A stretch of 52,003 bases of DNA, filler included, from Dimargaris cristalligena (Eukaryota), in assembly GCA_003614675.1 (NCBI GenBank). It is 2 parts of 2 records of this genome, joined end to end, with 100 filler letters (N's around TTAATTAATTAA, not from the genome) between each part and the next. Parts side by side here need not be neighbours in the genome. Positions count along the whole stretch, not along the records: positions 1 to 25,953 come from ML002550.1; 1 more part is not named here. One strand, given 5' to 3'. A program made the translations under genes and the position numbers. Below, one piece after another: positions 10,199-22,793 of the stretch; positions within the stretch are counted from its first letter, which is position 1, and the number at the start of each line of letters is the position of its first letter. The notes under the pieces were generated by a model. The model ran no database searches. It was given only the letters and a program-made list of their open reading frames with translations, and was not told the origin of the DNA.

Positions 10199-13100
10199 TT
10201 AAGCAAACAGTTTAACGTGTTGTCCGGGTGCATCGAATAACAGGGGCCGGGGCTGCACCCGCTGTTTATCCGTCTCCTGCACCAATTTAAACAGTCCTGT
10301 GCCAATGGGCATGGGAATGCCCATGATGATACATTCACTCACCCCCACAATAGCGTCTTGTTTACCGTACACGGCCGCATCGAACAAATGGTCGGTGGTT
10401 TTTTCAAACGACGCCAACATCAGTACACTATCCTTCATTTTAGCCAACCCGAACCGATTGACCCCCAACACTTCCCCTTTAAAAGTCATAATGTCCGCCA
10501 GCAACCACAGGTGCCGCCGATCAATGGTAATACCATAGGATTTGGTGATGGTTTCAATTTGGTCAATGATCATGAACGCCGCGGCTTCGATACCCAAAGT
10601 TTTTTCGAGCTCCATCACGTCGTTGGTGGCGGTTTGCAGGCCAATGATACCGTTGACGCCCATGACTTCCACCAGGCCGGCCCCTTCGGCGAGGATTTGG
10701 TACTCGTTCTTGTCCTCCGAAATAACCGCGTGGCGAATCGACGGGATACCAATGACAATTACGCTCGGCAGGGCCCGTTTCAGCGTCTGGATGGCGTAAT
10801 ACGTTTGGGAGGGGTCCTTGCATAAGGGGTGGACGTTGATGCGGTCGGGCTTGGCTACTTGGATATTGTTGTCGGTTAACTTGAGTTTCGAGTTGCGGGG
10901 AATGGCGTGGGCGATGCTCACCAAAGATGCCTCCAGGTGCAGGAGTTGGATGGTCCGCATCGATATTTTGATGGACAGGTAGGCCTCGCCGGGCGTATAC
11001 ACTTCTTCCACGAATTCCGTAATGTCGCCCAGTTTGGTTTGCTCGAGACGACCCTTGATGATTCGCGCCGCCGTTTCACTTTTGGGGTCCACCAATTTAC
11101 AGGTAATAATCGGGGTACTGATATTCTTGGAAGCGCTCATAATTTCCTTCAGACGGGGCACACCCATGGTAACGTTCATACTCGCCACACCGGCGAAATG
11201 GAAAGTCTTCAACGTCATTTGGGTGGTGGGTTCACCGATACTCATCGCCCCCAAGGCTCCCACCGCCGTACCGGGCTCCACCTTGGCCTTGTGGTACTTT
11301 TGGTAACAGTTCTCGATATAGGCCTCCAGAAGCGGAGCCGTCATGCGCAGGCAGTTGAGGGACGCCTGCTTGGCCGCCACCGACCCCTTGCGGCGTTCCG
11401 ATTGCAATGTGCGGGCCGCCTTTGGGGCTATGTCCAGGGCGGGCAGGCCAAACGTGGTCCGAATGGCGGCCATCTTGGCCACGATTTCCTCGCTAATGTA
11501 ATCCCGCAGGTTGGCGATAAATTCCGCCCCGCAGTGCAGGGCGAACTTACGGTGGCCGAGTAGTTTGTCGGCCAGCTTGGCCACCTGGAAGGGGAGGAGG
11601 GGTTCGTCGTTCCAGTGGGTCAGTTTCTGGTTAGCCACGTGCCGGAAGTCACGGTCGAACACCACGGGCGTGCCCTCACCCTCCAGCACCGTCGGATCCA
11701 GACCGTCGCCACCGTATTCGAATTGGAGAATGTCGCCCCCCGCCGACCGCACCGACAAATCATAATGGGCGGTCAGGTCCTCGAAGGTTTTCATCAGTCG
11801 CCGCTGCATGTACCCGGTTTCAGCGGTCTTCACCGCCGTGTCCACCAGCCCTTCTCGCCCGGACATGGCGTGGAACAGAAATTCCGTGGGGGTGAGTCCC
11901 GTGTAGAAACTGTTGCGCACAAACCCGCGGGCGGCCGGTTCCACGGAGAATTTGGGGAAGTGCGGGAGGGAGCGGTCCATGAACCCGTTCTGGATACGCT
12001 TGCTGCTGATAATTTGCTGGCCTACACACGCCACCATCTGACACACGTTAATATTGGAACCCTTGGAACCGCAGATGGCCATGATCAGCGGGGAGTTGTG
12101 CCGACTTAGTTCGCGACCACAAATCTTACCGGCGACGTTACGCACGTCACTGAGCAGACCGGAAATGGTGGATTCGACGGTACCCATTTCGTCCTGCCCG
12201 GGTAAACAGGTGATTTGCCCCCGATGGAGGCTGTCAATAAGATCGGAGCACTCGCCATAGGCCTCATCAATGTGGGCGTCCTTCTGTTCCTGAAGGTCCC
12301 GGGACGCTTGGACGTCGTTGATACCGATGGAGAAGCCCCGGTTACCCAACCAGCGTGCACACAGCTTGGCCAGGCGGTTCATGGCCTCGGCCGCGGCCAC
12401 TCCGCCGTAGTTCTTGAGGATGAAGAAGAGGACGGAGGTATCCTTGCTACCCCCAACGAGGGCCTTATCCATCAGTCCGCACATGATCACGCTGTTCTGA
12501 ATGACCACATAGCCGTCCTTGGGGCACATATCCTTGTATTTACCGTCCTTATAGCTGAACGATTTGGTTTTGGCCTCCAAGTTGACCATCACGGGGTAGC
12601 TCGAGTTGGGGCGCAAGAGAACGCTGAAGATTTGCTTGCCGGTCCAGAGCTGGACGGGTTTCCAAATGGCCGGGGGCGGCAATTCGATATGGGTTTCAGC
12701 ATCGCAGAAGTAGCAACAGATTTGGGCGAATTGACACCGATCATAGAAGAGGTCCTTGTGGGTAATGAGGTACGACGCGGTGATGAAATCCTGGGTAGCG
12801 GTGACCAACATTTCACCGTTACGGGGGGTAACCAAATTGTTCTTGACCCCCATGAGTTCAATGGCTTCCATACGGGCCTCTTCGGTCTGCGGGACGTGAA
12901 TATTCATTTCGTCCCCGTCGAAATCGGCATTATAGGGGGAACACACACACTCGTTAAACCGGAACGTACGCCAGGGCTTGATGCGGGCGAAATGGGCCAT
13001 AATACTGAGGCGATGCAGGGAAGGTTGGCGATTGAACAGCACCACGTCGCCGTCGTTCAAGTGCCGTTCAACCACGTCCCCGATTTCGAGTTGTTCGGCG

Positions 13101-14395
13101 AAGGCATCCCGGTCGACGTACTGCAGGAAGCGCTTCATATTGTTGGACTTCTTGACCACAAAATTGGCGCCCGGATGGACGGTGGGACCATTACGGACCG
13201 CCCGGCGTAGCTTTTCGATATTGTAGGCGAAGACCCGTTCGGGGAAGGTGAGGACCTTGGCCACCAGGACGGGGATACCCACTTCGTCGATGCGCAAGTT
13301 CGGGTCGGGGGAAATGACGGTACGACCGGAGAAATCGACGCGCTTACCGGACAGATTACCCCGGAACCGACCCTGTTTACCCTTGAGCCGCTGGCACAAC
13401 CCCCGGATGGGTTTACTATTACCCGTAAAAGGGATACCGGGCACGGTACTGTTGATGTACATGGCCGCGGCGATTTGCATGTTCTCCCACTGCTCCATCA
13501 GCGTGATGAGGGGTTCGCCCCGCTGCAGTGCGCCGCGAATAAGCCCGTTGGAAAAGGTGATTTCCGCGAGTTTGGCGGTCAAATCATCTTCGTTACTGGC
13601 GCCCTCCTGGGCCACCGAGGGGCGGATACAGACGGGGGGCACGGGGATGGTATCCCAGATGAACGTCTCGGGCCGGCCGGAGACGGGATCCAGGGCGAGC
13701 AGCTCGCAGTCCTCGGCCGAGATTTTCTCGAACAGCTGCCGGACCCGCAGGGGGTTCAAATCCTCGTGGGCCTTGCTGAGATGGTGTTTGATTTCCGGGT
13801 TGGCCTGCAGGGCACTGTCAAACGTGTGGCGGAACTGGTCCAGTTCGCCGGCGGCCTTCTTATCGCGGAATTTCTCGTGGATGATCTTGAGCCCACTCAC
13901 TTTTTTTACGGCCCCGTTGGTGGCCTGGCAGTACATGCATTTGCTGACTTTACGGCACTGGGTGTTGACCCCTTTGGTGATGAGACGCCGTTGGATGTTG
14001 TCCAGGGTAGGGGCGCGGAGGCGTTTCAAATAGGCGCGCCGCTCGGGCTCTTCGAGCATGACGCGACTACAGGTCCGGCAGATATTTTGCAGAATGGTCA
14101 CAATGGCCTTGAAGTAGCCGATATGGAAAATAGGCAAGCAGAGGTTAATGTGGCCAAAGTGGCCGATGCAGTCGGTCATGTTCTGGCCGCAGGTTTCGCA
14201 CAGGGCGACTTTGTCGGATATCCCCATTTTACGGTCTAACACCCCGTGCTTGATGGGTTTACGGGTGGGGACATCGTAGAGGTCCCGCTGGGTCACTTCG
14301 AGTTCGGAGGCGCGGCGGATCTCGTCGGGGGACAGTACACTGAAGTGGATATGTTTGATGCGCTTAGGCACCGTATCGGTAACCTGCTCTTTCAT
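10199..14395 (-). CDS. RPC1: DNA-directed RNA polymerase III largest subunit (RPC1/RPO31/POLR3A), 1398 aa, intronless
   Basis: Catalytic YNADFDGDEMN, RGNLSGKRVDFSGRTVISPDP, N-terminal Zn motif CETC...CIGHFGH, TQMTLKTFHFAGV and LASFEKTTDHLFDAA. No CTD heptads. The MKEQV..PKRIKHIHFS start is typical of Pol III. Confidence 0.97.
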   Translation of the reverse strand: MKEQVTDTVPKRIKHIHFSVLSPDEIRRASELEVTQRDLYDVPTRKPIKHGVLDRKMGISDKVALCETCGQNMTDCIGHFGHINLCLPIFHIGYFKAIVTILQNICRTCSRVMLEEPERRAYLKRLRAPTLDNIQRRLITKGVNTQCRKVSKCMYCQATNGAVKKVSGLKIIHEKFRDKKAAGELDQFRHTFDSALQANPEIKHHLSKAHEDLNPLRVRQLFEKISAEDCELLALDPVSGRPETFIWDTIPVPPVCIRPSVAQEGASNEDDLTAKLAEITFSNGLIRGALQRGEPLITLMEQWENMQIAAAMYINSTVPGIPFTGNSKPIRGLCQRLKGKQGRFRGNLSGKRVDFSGRTVISPDPNLRIDEVGIPVLVAKVLTFPERVFAYNIEKLRRAVRNGPTVHPGANFVVKKSNNMKRFLQYVDRDAFAEQLEIGDVVERHLNDGDVVLFNRQPSLHRLSIMAHFARIKPWRTFRFNECVCSPYNADFDGDEMNIHVPQTEEARMEAIELMGVKNNLVTPRNGEMLVTATQDFITASYLITHKDLFYDRCQFAQICCYFCDAETHIELPPPAIWKPVQLWTGKQIFSVLLRPNSSYPVMVNLEAKTKSFSYKDGKYKDMCPKDGYVVIQNSVIMCGLMDKALVGGSKDTSVLFFILKNYGGVAAAEAMNRLAKLCARWLGNRGFSIGINDVQASRDLQEQKDAHIDEAYGECSDLIDSLHRGQITCLPGQDEMGTVESTISGLLSDVRNVAGKICGRELSRHNSPLIMAICGSKGSNINVCQMVACVGQQIISSKRIQNGFMDRSLPHFPKFSVEPAARGFVRNSFYTGLTPTEFLFHAMSGREGLVDTAVKTAETGYMQRRLMKTFEDLTAHYDLSVRSAGGDILQFEYGGDGLDPTVLEGEGTPVVFDRDFRHVANQKLTHWNDEPLLPFQVAKLADKLLGHRKFALHCGAEFIANLRDYISEEIVAKMAAIRTTFGLPALDIAPKAARTLQSERRKGSVAAKQASLNCLRMTAPLLEAYIENCYQKYHKAKVEPGTAVGALGAMSIGEPTTQMTLKTFHFAGVASMNVTMGVPRLKEIMSASKNISTPIITCKLVDPKSETAARIIKGRLEQTKLGDITEFVEEVYTPGEAYLSIKISMRTIQLLHLEASLVSIAHAIPRNSKLKLTDNNIQVAKPDRINVHPLCKDPSQTYYAIQTLKRALPSVIVIGIPSIRHAVISEDKNEYQILAEGAGLVEVMGVNGIIGLQTATNDVMELEKTLGIEAAAFMIIDQIETITKSYGITIDRRHLWLLADIMTFKGEVLGVNRFGLAKMKDSVLMLASFEKTTDHLFDAAVYGKQDAIVGVSECIIMGIPMPIGTGLFKLVQETDKQRVQPRPLLFDAPGQHVKLFA

Positions 14396-16274
14396 GGTGC
14401 TCGGACCACAATGTGAAAGAATGGGAGGGGGAGAAAAGGGTTACGGACGGGCGAGCAATTAGGAATGATGGGGATAGGACTAGACAAAAGGGGCCGCCGA
14501 TAAATAAAAACTAATATAAATAAGCGCTAAATCCGAGAATATTGAAAAGGAATGAATGGCCAGAAACGATCACAGGAAGGCGGTGATAAAAAAAAGCCCA
14601 GCAGGGTTTATTGGGGGAGGGGAGAGGGGCCATTATTAGGCTTAGTAGGGATCGAGTGTGGGGCGAATAAAAGGAGCCAAATTTTCGAGTGACCCAACCA
14701 ACTGATTAGAAAATGGGCCTTTTACCCACCCAGTCGATGAGAGAACGGGCGCTTTGCGACGGGGATAAGGAAGGGAGAGGAGTGCTTGCCTGCTTCGTTG
14801 GGAAAATAGTTTAACCTACAAGGCTGTGACAAACACCTCAGGGGCTCATAATAAAACATCCGACAATTGGCCGGCGCCGTAAAGTGGTACGACAAGGCGA
14901 CTGTGGAAAGGGGGCATCTTGGGTGTATGTAACTAAAGCAGCGAGTGTCAACTTGATACATGGCCATCCGTAGAAATCGACTTGCTTTGAGCGGGCCGCC
15001 ATTTCCCCAGTTGGTGTGGGTTCTGTGTTTAACTCGAATGTTGGGCGAAGACCCACTCCCCAACCACACTCCAAATACTAATGGGTGCAAAAGCCTTCTA
15101 ATTGAAAAAACCCTGATTGCCTTGGCTATATCCCTGATTTGCCATTCCACCGGCTTTTTTCGTAGACCACCATATCCATCGACACCCCATCACCATCAGC
15201 AGTTAGTTTTCCATACTCATTTGTCCCTTTTTAGGGATGCCATTTTTATTGCTACCCGTGGTCAGACCAGGGTCACCCCGTTGAATTAATCGGTCAAGAA
15301 CTCCTCTATACCAGGGCCATTTATCATTCACCCTCTTTTGCGTTTAGGGGGCCATTCTACTGCTTAAACTTCAACTATTCCAACGGCAAATATATAATGG
15401 CATAGGTAAAAGGCCCCCATTGAATAATGCCTCACGATTTAACTGGACATCTTGTTCCATGTAGGTAAGAGAGAACTCAGACAGTTTAAGTATGCTCACA
15501 AGGAGCACTTTATTGATTGACAGAGTATAAATATCAAGTCAAGACTGGATAATTCGGTCAGGCAAATCATGGTCTCAGTGGAATGGGGGGGTGTCTCCTC
15601 CCCCTTGGTTGAAGGAGGCTCTACCTAAAAAAATCAAGTGGTTAAGTAGATAGGCAAAAGCCCCGGCGAATCTTACAAAAAAACCATGGGGAGGGGATAT
15701 AAACGATGCAAGGTTGTGGATGTGGGTTTCACATGGTATCTAGACCCGATCGTGAAAATAATAGGGAGAAATAGAAAACTGAAAGACATGATGGCCTAAA
15801 GAACCAGATAAGATGTCTGGGAATCTGGGTCAATAATAAAAATAATGAAAATGAAAATAAAACTGGTTGACCAAACTGGATTGTGTGCAAATATTACCAA
15901 TACAAGTGAAATGAAATGAGAGCAAAGAAGCAGAGAAGACCTAGCAGTCAAAAAATAAACCAATTAAAAAATGAGATGAGAGAAAATGAAATGAAAAGGA
16001 GAAATAGTGAAATGAACCATACTAGAAATTAGAAATATATCGTACATGGAATACTTCAAAAGTACACGCCTACTGCCAACAGACTGGGTCAATAACCCAA
16101 AACCCCCTCACCTCCCTTATATATTATTATATTTTTTTTGCTGACAAAATGGAGGTTTGTCCGGTATTTAAGAAGTAGGAAGTACAAGAAAACGGGATCG
16201 GCGGGTTAATACATTGAAGGAGGGAAGGTGGGGGAGGATGGGTGGGCGGCATGTCCATTATGACAGGGCTAAAA

Positions 16275-19200
16275 TCACCTAGCCTCATTACCACTCCGCC
16301 GCACATTAATTTGGGCGAGGACATTCCGGGTGTATTTGAGCCGTTTCAGGAGATCGGTTTGGGGACGCAGAGTTTCCAAATCGGATAGGGTGAAGGTCTG
16401 GAGTTGGCCATCGGAAATATAAGTAACAATCTCCCCGCGGTTCTGGATGACCAGTTTGGAGTGGTCCTGGATGAAGTTGAGCTGCAGGACCCCGTGGCTG
16501 ATGCGGAACATGGCGGCGTGGCCGGTTCGGATAAATTTGTTGAGGTAGAGGAGGTTGAACGCAGGGTCCCGTTGTTTAGAGCGGCCCAGGGGGCAGTGGG
16601 AGCGGTGAGAGACTGCGGCTACGGCTACAGGTGGAGGGGCTGTCGGGTCCTGGTGGTCGTCAGTGGTGGCCGGCTGGTACTGGTCCACAGCCCCACAAGT
16701 GCAGAGCGACGGGGTATTATCCGACGGGCCATCTCCCGAACTACCGCCATTATACCAATAATTCGAATTATCCCGGTGCAATGCTGCGATATCTTCGGGT
16801 ATAGTATTATGTAATTGCCTGCGCATATACCGTCGGAACTGCAGTAGGAGGGTCACCTTCTTTTTCAAGCTAGGCGGGTGCTCGTCCAGGGTATGGGATT
16901 CCCGCTTGATGGCCTTTTGCGACTTGGTGGGGTCGTAGAAAAGGTGTTCAATGTGCCTATGGTCCGGTAGAAGCAGTAGCGTGGTGTTATCATTGAAATG
17001 CACTCCGTAGGAATTGTTCGTGAGCTCGTACCCCAATCCGTACTTGTTAGATAGGTCAATCCATTTGCTAATAAACACGGCGGGTATGAGGACTTTAGGG
17101 GCTACTTGGTCAGTGTTTGGGGCGGCACCGGGTGCGGTATCGTTGAGATCCTGGAAGAACTGGTTAAATCGGGTTTCCATGCTGGACATGACCGAGCATT
17201 TGCGACTGCGGCTGGTATCGGACGATGGGAAGTTCGAGGCTGGGCCCGACAAGGGCGAGCGAGGATTTGCTCCGCTGGATCCATTAGGCGAGGTGACGAC
17301 AGCACCGTGGGCCTGGGTCCGACCGCGAAGGGCACCGGATAGACTCATAGCTACAAGCTGGGATGGTCGAGTGACCGCCCCCTCGGAGTCCCCGCGGCCA
17401 GGCGAAACAGGATGCTGGAAGGCCACCTGGGGTCTGGGTGGGCCCAGTCCTCCGCTGGGGACCATCTCGGGGCTTTTATGTGAAGGACTGCCGTAGGGAT
17501 GGCCGTGAGTGGCAATTGGGGTAGGCATGGTAATGCGGGGCCGGGTGAGCTGTTGGGGATAATCCAACGGCCCCAAATCACCGCGGATATAAGGAGAATG
17601 AGGGCTGCCGTGGTCAGGACGCTGGTACTGAGGGTGGCCATTGGAGGTCGAGGCCGGCTTAGGGCTCAGCTGAAGGCGACCATTGGGCGAGTGTACCGGG
17701 GCAGATACTGGTTTCATCTTATCAATTTGCAGCTGTTGGAACTGGGTGGTCAGGGCGTTCGGGTGAGCGGGAACGGCTGACCGAGGCGAATGATTCGCCG
17801 GACCGTATGGGCTATTGGTGATGGCCGGGAGAGCCTGGAAGTTGGGAGCGGGTAGCTCCTTTTTGGCATGGATATAAAGGTCAGCTATTTCGGGAGGCTG
17901 GATAAACACGGACCGGGACAGACTAGGCAGGAGGTTATAGTTGACGAAAAATGGCAGTCGGCGGATCTCGTAGGCATTGGGCCGGTGGTCCGGGTTTTTA
18001 TCCAGGAGGGCCAAGATAAGGTTCTTCGCGTCCTGTGAGACCGCGGGGGAATCGGGGAAGCGGCATTCCTCTCGGGTGATTTTCTGGAACAGGGCATTGG
18101 ACTGGGCCTGTTTGGTGCCCCCCGATACGTGGAAGGGCGGTTTGGAATAGAGCATACTGTACATGACGATACCCAGGGCCCAGATGTCGACTTCGAAACT
18201 GTGGCCCTCTTTGGGGCGGGTGACTAGCTCGGGTGCCAGGAAATTGGGGGTGCCCAGAAACGACTTTTTGCGCTCGGTGTCCGACCCCAGCATAGCGGAC
18301 AACCCGAAATCGGCTACTTTGACCTGCATAGACTCGGTTAACAGGATATTGGCGAACTTAAGGTCACGGTGAATGACCTTGTACTTGTGCATATGCTCGA
18401 CGGCATCGATCAGTTGATACATGAAATAGCGTACTTCCGGTTCGGACACGAATTTGCGGGACTTGAAGACGGCGTCGAGACTCTATCAAATCAATCAGAA
18501 ACATGGTGAACAGGGATAGAATCAACAAACATGGGGGTGAGTTTGACAAATCCAACGCTGGATGAATGACGAAGCTCTGTCATTCCGCAGCAAATAGCAC
18601 CCGGGTGTTTCAGCCCGCGCGCTACCAGAAGCGGGTTTGGTCTGATATACGCAGAGTGCCGGCAGTCGCATAGGCCCCTGATCCGCAAGGGTTCGCGTAA
18701 GGAAAGAACTCCTGGTGCATCACGATAGGAAAACTAGGGTGCTGTGATGGATCCAATATCTATCAGCATTGTCTGCCACCAAGCCAGGGGGCCCTGACGC
18801 ATTGACCACCTTGGCGATCAAGGGCCCTGCGACCAGAATAACAAACGGGCCGACTGATAAATACATGGCCGGATCGTATAGATAGATGCAGAGAGAGAAA
18901 GAGTGGCGCCCTACCTTGCTGGAGCAGAGCTCCATCACGATATACACGAACGAGGCATCTTCGAAGCACTGCACGAAGCCGACGATATGGGGATGGCCCG
19001 GTAGCTTCCGTAAGGTTTCGATTTCAATGAGGAGTCGCTTACGGTACTGAAGATTTTTGAAGCTTTGCTTTTCCAATACCTTACAGGCGTACCAGTCACC
19101 CCTATCATTGACGACGCTATATACACGACCAAAAGCGCCCTATTTAGAGGTGCAGGATAGGGTAGGGGGAAAGAATGAGGGAGGCAGAACAAATGACGTA

Positions 19201-19638
19201 GGGTGAATTCGATTAGTCAGTGCCGGGTAGGTTTAATACCGCGGGAAAGCCAGGGGACGGTCAGAGATATACAGCACGACACTGTACATGGACCAGCACG
19301 GCCCAGGGTAAGTGCTGGGAGCCGAAGTAAGCGGCCGGGGGAACTCTCCGCCGAAAAAGCCCTAAAACCCGGCGTATACCAAGGGGGCTTGGGGTTACAC
19401 AGCCGCCGTTTCCCCGACGGCCCCGAACTTAAGAATAGGGAAGGGAGTGGTTTATAACAGTAAATGGGGGGTGTGGACTACGTACGGCACCGATGAATTT
19501 CTGAGGCCGATATTCGCTCAGGAGTTTTTTGTCCTTGAAGACGGAGGGGAGATGAGGCCAAACGGAGTCGTTGAACAAACGCGGTGCCGCCAACTCAGCG
19601 GGCTTAAGCTTGGAAGAGCCCGTACTAACAGCAGCCAT
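16275..19638 (-). CDS. CDC5: Polo-like kinase (Cdc5/Plo1), 3 exons: 19638-19486, 19139-18915, 18482-16275; ~861 aa
   Basis: Splicing at GTACGT..AG and GTAGGG..AG introns restores FIGAGAFGRVY, ACK, VMELC, HRDLK, DFG and GTPNFLAPE. The C-terminal polo-box domain has SKWIDLSNKYGLGY (PB1) and NFIQDHSKLVI (PB2 His/Lys pincer). Confidence 0.92.
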
Positions 19639-22621
19639 GGCAAAAATAGGAGGTTGGTGGGAGAGCCACAGCACCCACCGAGTAAGTAATGAGTGATAAG
19701 CACGGTGTTTTATGAAGAAGAGGGTTATTAATAATACAACAGGCAGTAAAGTGGGAAGGAATGGTGCGGAAGTAAGCAAAAAAACGAACGGACTTTACAA
19801 GTAAGAACGAGAAAAGGGGCGTTTCTTGGAATAGGTGTGGAGGAGACTTACCCATTAAACCAAGCGGGTGGTTCTTAATTCGGCGGGGCATATATTCCTG
19901 GTTAAATTCTTCCACCGCGGGAGAGACCTTTGACTATACATGCCACCTCTTCTTCTCTTTCATTGGCACTCTCCGATTACTGTTTATTACTTACTTACTA
20001 CCTACCGGCATTAAGACATGGATTGTCAGGGGGAAGGGCTGGTTATTAAGCCCTGATCTTCCTTCTTAATAGTGCCTGTTACTAGCCCTCGTCTACCAAG
20101 GCCAGGAAGCACTATATAACCCACGATATCTGGGAATCACAGTCGGCGGCCCCCTGCACAGAGGACTACCCAGGGATTCAGTCAGCTGGCGGGTTCGATA
20201 ATCCTGGCCCCTCACGGCTCTGGTGTGGAATGCACTGCCCTGTCTGTGGGCAAAGCCACCCGTACATATATCCCTTTTCCTAGCTGCATTGGAAAAGAAA
20301 ATAGGGGGCTGGCTTTTAGATCTTACTTGAAAGGCACTTCCGTATCTATAGGGTGAAATATACATTGGGCCGTGCGGTTGGAACTCTACTACTCTATATA
20401 TTCGGGAAACGGCAATTAAAACCTTCCGCTATACCCTATTGGACGTGGCCGTTTTTAATATTAGGACTGTGCTTAGCAAATCGGCGGCTTCGTTTAGCTT
20501 CTCCTCCCCGTGGGATACTCCCATGAGCTCGGATAAGACCTAACTAATTTAGAATGTTTCAAGATTTCCCACCATAAAGTGTAGTTAGTAGTACCATCTT
20601 TTTAGGCCTCTACGACTACGGCCAGTGGGTTTACCGAACCAATCTGCCCTGCTCACCTGCAGAGCACCTTGTAACCCACCTATTGGTCGAATGAAAATCC
20701 CCGAAACTCTCCCCCTCCCCCACTCAAATCCAGAAACTGGAGTGCATCGGGGAAGGGCAATTTGCCTATTTGAAACGGACCGACCCCAGGATATATACAT
20801 TTCCCGAGTGATCCAAATCCAGCCATCTCAGTTCATCTACTCCGTCATTTATGTTTTGGCACTATATTTACCATTAGCTAACCCTAAGCTTCCCGTCCAA
20901 CTACTAGCGAATAGTAGCGGATATTCCGTTGCATATCTACAACCGACTCCCCCTATCCATATATAAATGCTCACCACCCGTTTACTGGGTTGCGATTCCC
21001 CTATATACATCTTAGTTGCCTATAAATCTGACCCATTGGGCAAATCGGGGAGGCGTTGACCGAATACCCAAGTCCCTTATACCCCCACCCTACACGGCCA
21101 CATCGCTATTATTGGCCTATACTGAATCCTTGGATAGGGTACCATGGTTCATTTACGATGCATCTGTACCGGTTGGGGGGCTTTCATTGAAAATGCAATG
21201 GATTATGTTCCATCTACCCAGCTCACACATAAAAAAAAATTATTTATGTGAACCAAGTTAGCCTGCAAATGAATTGGACGGGCCCATTCAGGCAAACATA
21301 GATGAATAGGCATCATTGGAGCATAAAGAGGACCCGGCGAAACCATCGATAAAAGTGCAAACCCCACTTGTACATGATAGGGCAAAAATACAGCGGGGAT
21401 CGACAATATATAGTAATACAATGGCCCATTTACAAGCTCTCACTCGGGGGAGGAGGTGCTCTGTACTCGCGGTGAGCCTTGGGGGCTAAAATTTTACACC
21501 ATGGCCAAGCACTCCTCGGACCGATACATACTACAGCGCGGATACGTACTGCTTTAATTGAAAAAACAAAAACCAAAAAAGCTCGCGGATAATTTTATTA
21601 CCGGGCTTCCCCTCAACAATGGCCGAGCTGATCATTGATAAAATTAAAATATACCAATCGTCACGCTCGAGACTAACCCCCCACAAAGAGGCGAAAGTCG
21701 GATCATCCACTACCAATTAGATGAGTTTGCGATCAGGGCGGTCCTTTAGTATTGGGCAGTCCGGTATCAAGGTCTGGGGTACACCCTATGGCCTTCATTG
21801 AAAATCCGGAGACCAATACGACAAATCTACAGTTGGTGCGGGAAGGTTAGGGATGGGCCTAGCAGATCTCGTTACCACCAATTCTTTGCTCGACCCATTT
21901 GCGACCCTCAGTTTGGCTATTTTAATTTAATTGAACCGCAGAATCCGTGGTGAACCAAATTGGTAGAATGTAGAGATTATCGGGGAGGTATTTTACCAAT
22001 TAGGACCGTAGGAAAGGTGGCCCATAAGAATTAATAAATCTCGATACGTCGGTATTATTATGCTATGCAGCCCCAAAGCGAAATAACTAAATAGGCAGGG
22101 CTTGGAGACGTGGAATCCTAGGCCCAGAGGCAACTATTACATTGTCTGCTTGCAATAAAGTCGACGTAGATATAGAATAATTGGGATGTATTTTAAGCGC
22201 ACTATACCCGATCAATAAACAAAGCAACATAGAGAGCGATCATGCTGGAGGCCTGTTGACGAATCTCTGGTTAAAAGGGACTTGTCCATTATCCATTGGC
22301 CAATGAGTGCTCCGTTGCTTTAAGTGAAATCTACTACTTCCCCTCGTCAAGCGGGTAGACAATTGTACATCTATATTATCCACCACCTATATACCAGAAA
22401 CAAAGAAAGTCCGGGACGATTGGCCGCGAATAAGCCATCCCATTAGACCATTGCATCATCCAAGGCCTTTCGAGCTGTAGTAGTTACATTGCCACCGGAG
22501 CGACAAAATGGTCAATTATTTTAGGACAGATTGAGGGGCTCTGGGCCGATATCCAGCTTCCCAAATGATATAAATACCCCCGCTACTTTCCCTATTCTTG
22601 TCTATCATCATCCAGCCATCG

Positions 22622-22738
22622 CTTCCCAATTCTCACCACACCGCCTATCCAACCGCCCCGCTCCCCAGTTCTTACCACACCGCCAATCTAGCCACTCCGT
22701 TTTCCGGTTCTTACCACACCGCCTACCCAACCAACCCG
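22622..22738 (+). repeat. Three imperfect 39-bp tandem repeats in the leader of a small secreted protein gene
   Basis: Units start at 22622, 22661 and 22700 and share the core TTCT(C/T)ACCACACCGCC. They lie between TATAAATA (~22570) and ATG 22794. Confidence 0.85.
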
Positions 22739-22793
22739 TCCCCCCTCCTCGTTACCCAATTTATTCCGACTCAACCCCGCCTCCGCCACCAAT

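Noticed and set aside
14722-15470. Short ORFs and possible splice sites upstream of RPC1
   Set aside because: I could not assemble a consistent spliced frame or recognise a product.
18675-18706. CCTGATCC...GCGTAAGGAAAG resembling the 3' half of a TPP riboswitch
   Set aside because: It is antisense to the host intron, there is no upstream CTGAGA motif, P5 does not pair, and the host is not a thiamine gene.
22622-22738. Possible CRISPR-like repeat-spacer array
   Set aside because: The whole 39-nt unit is degenerate-similar with no unique spacers, the context is eukaryotic, and there are no cas genes.
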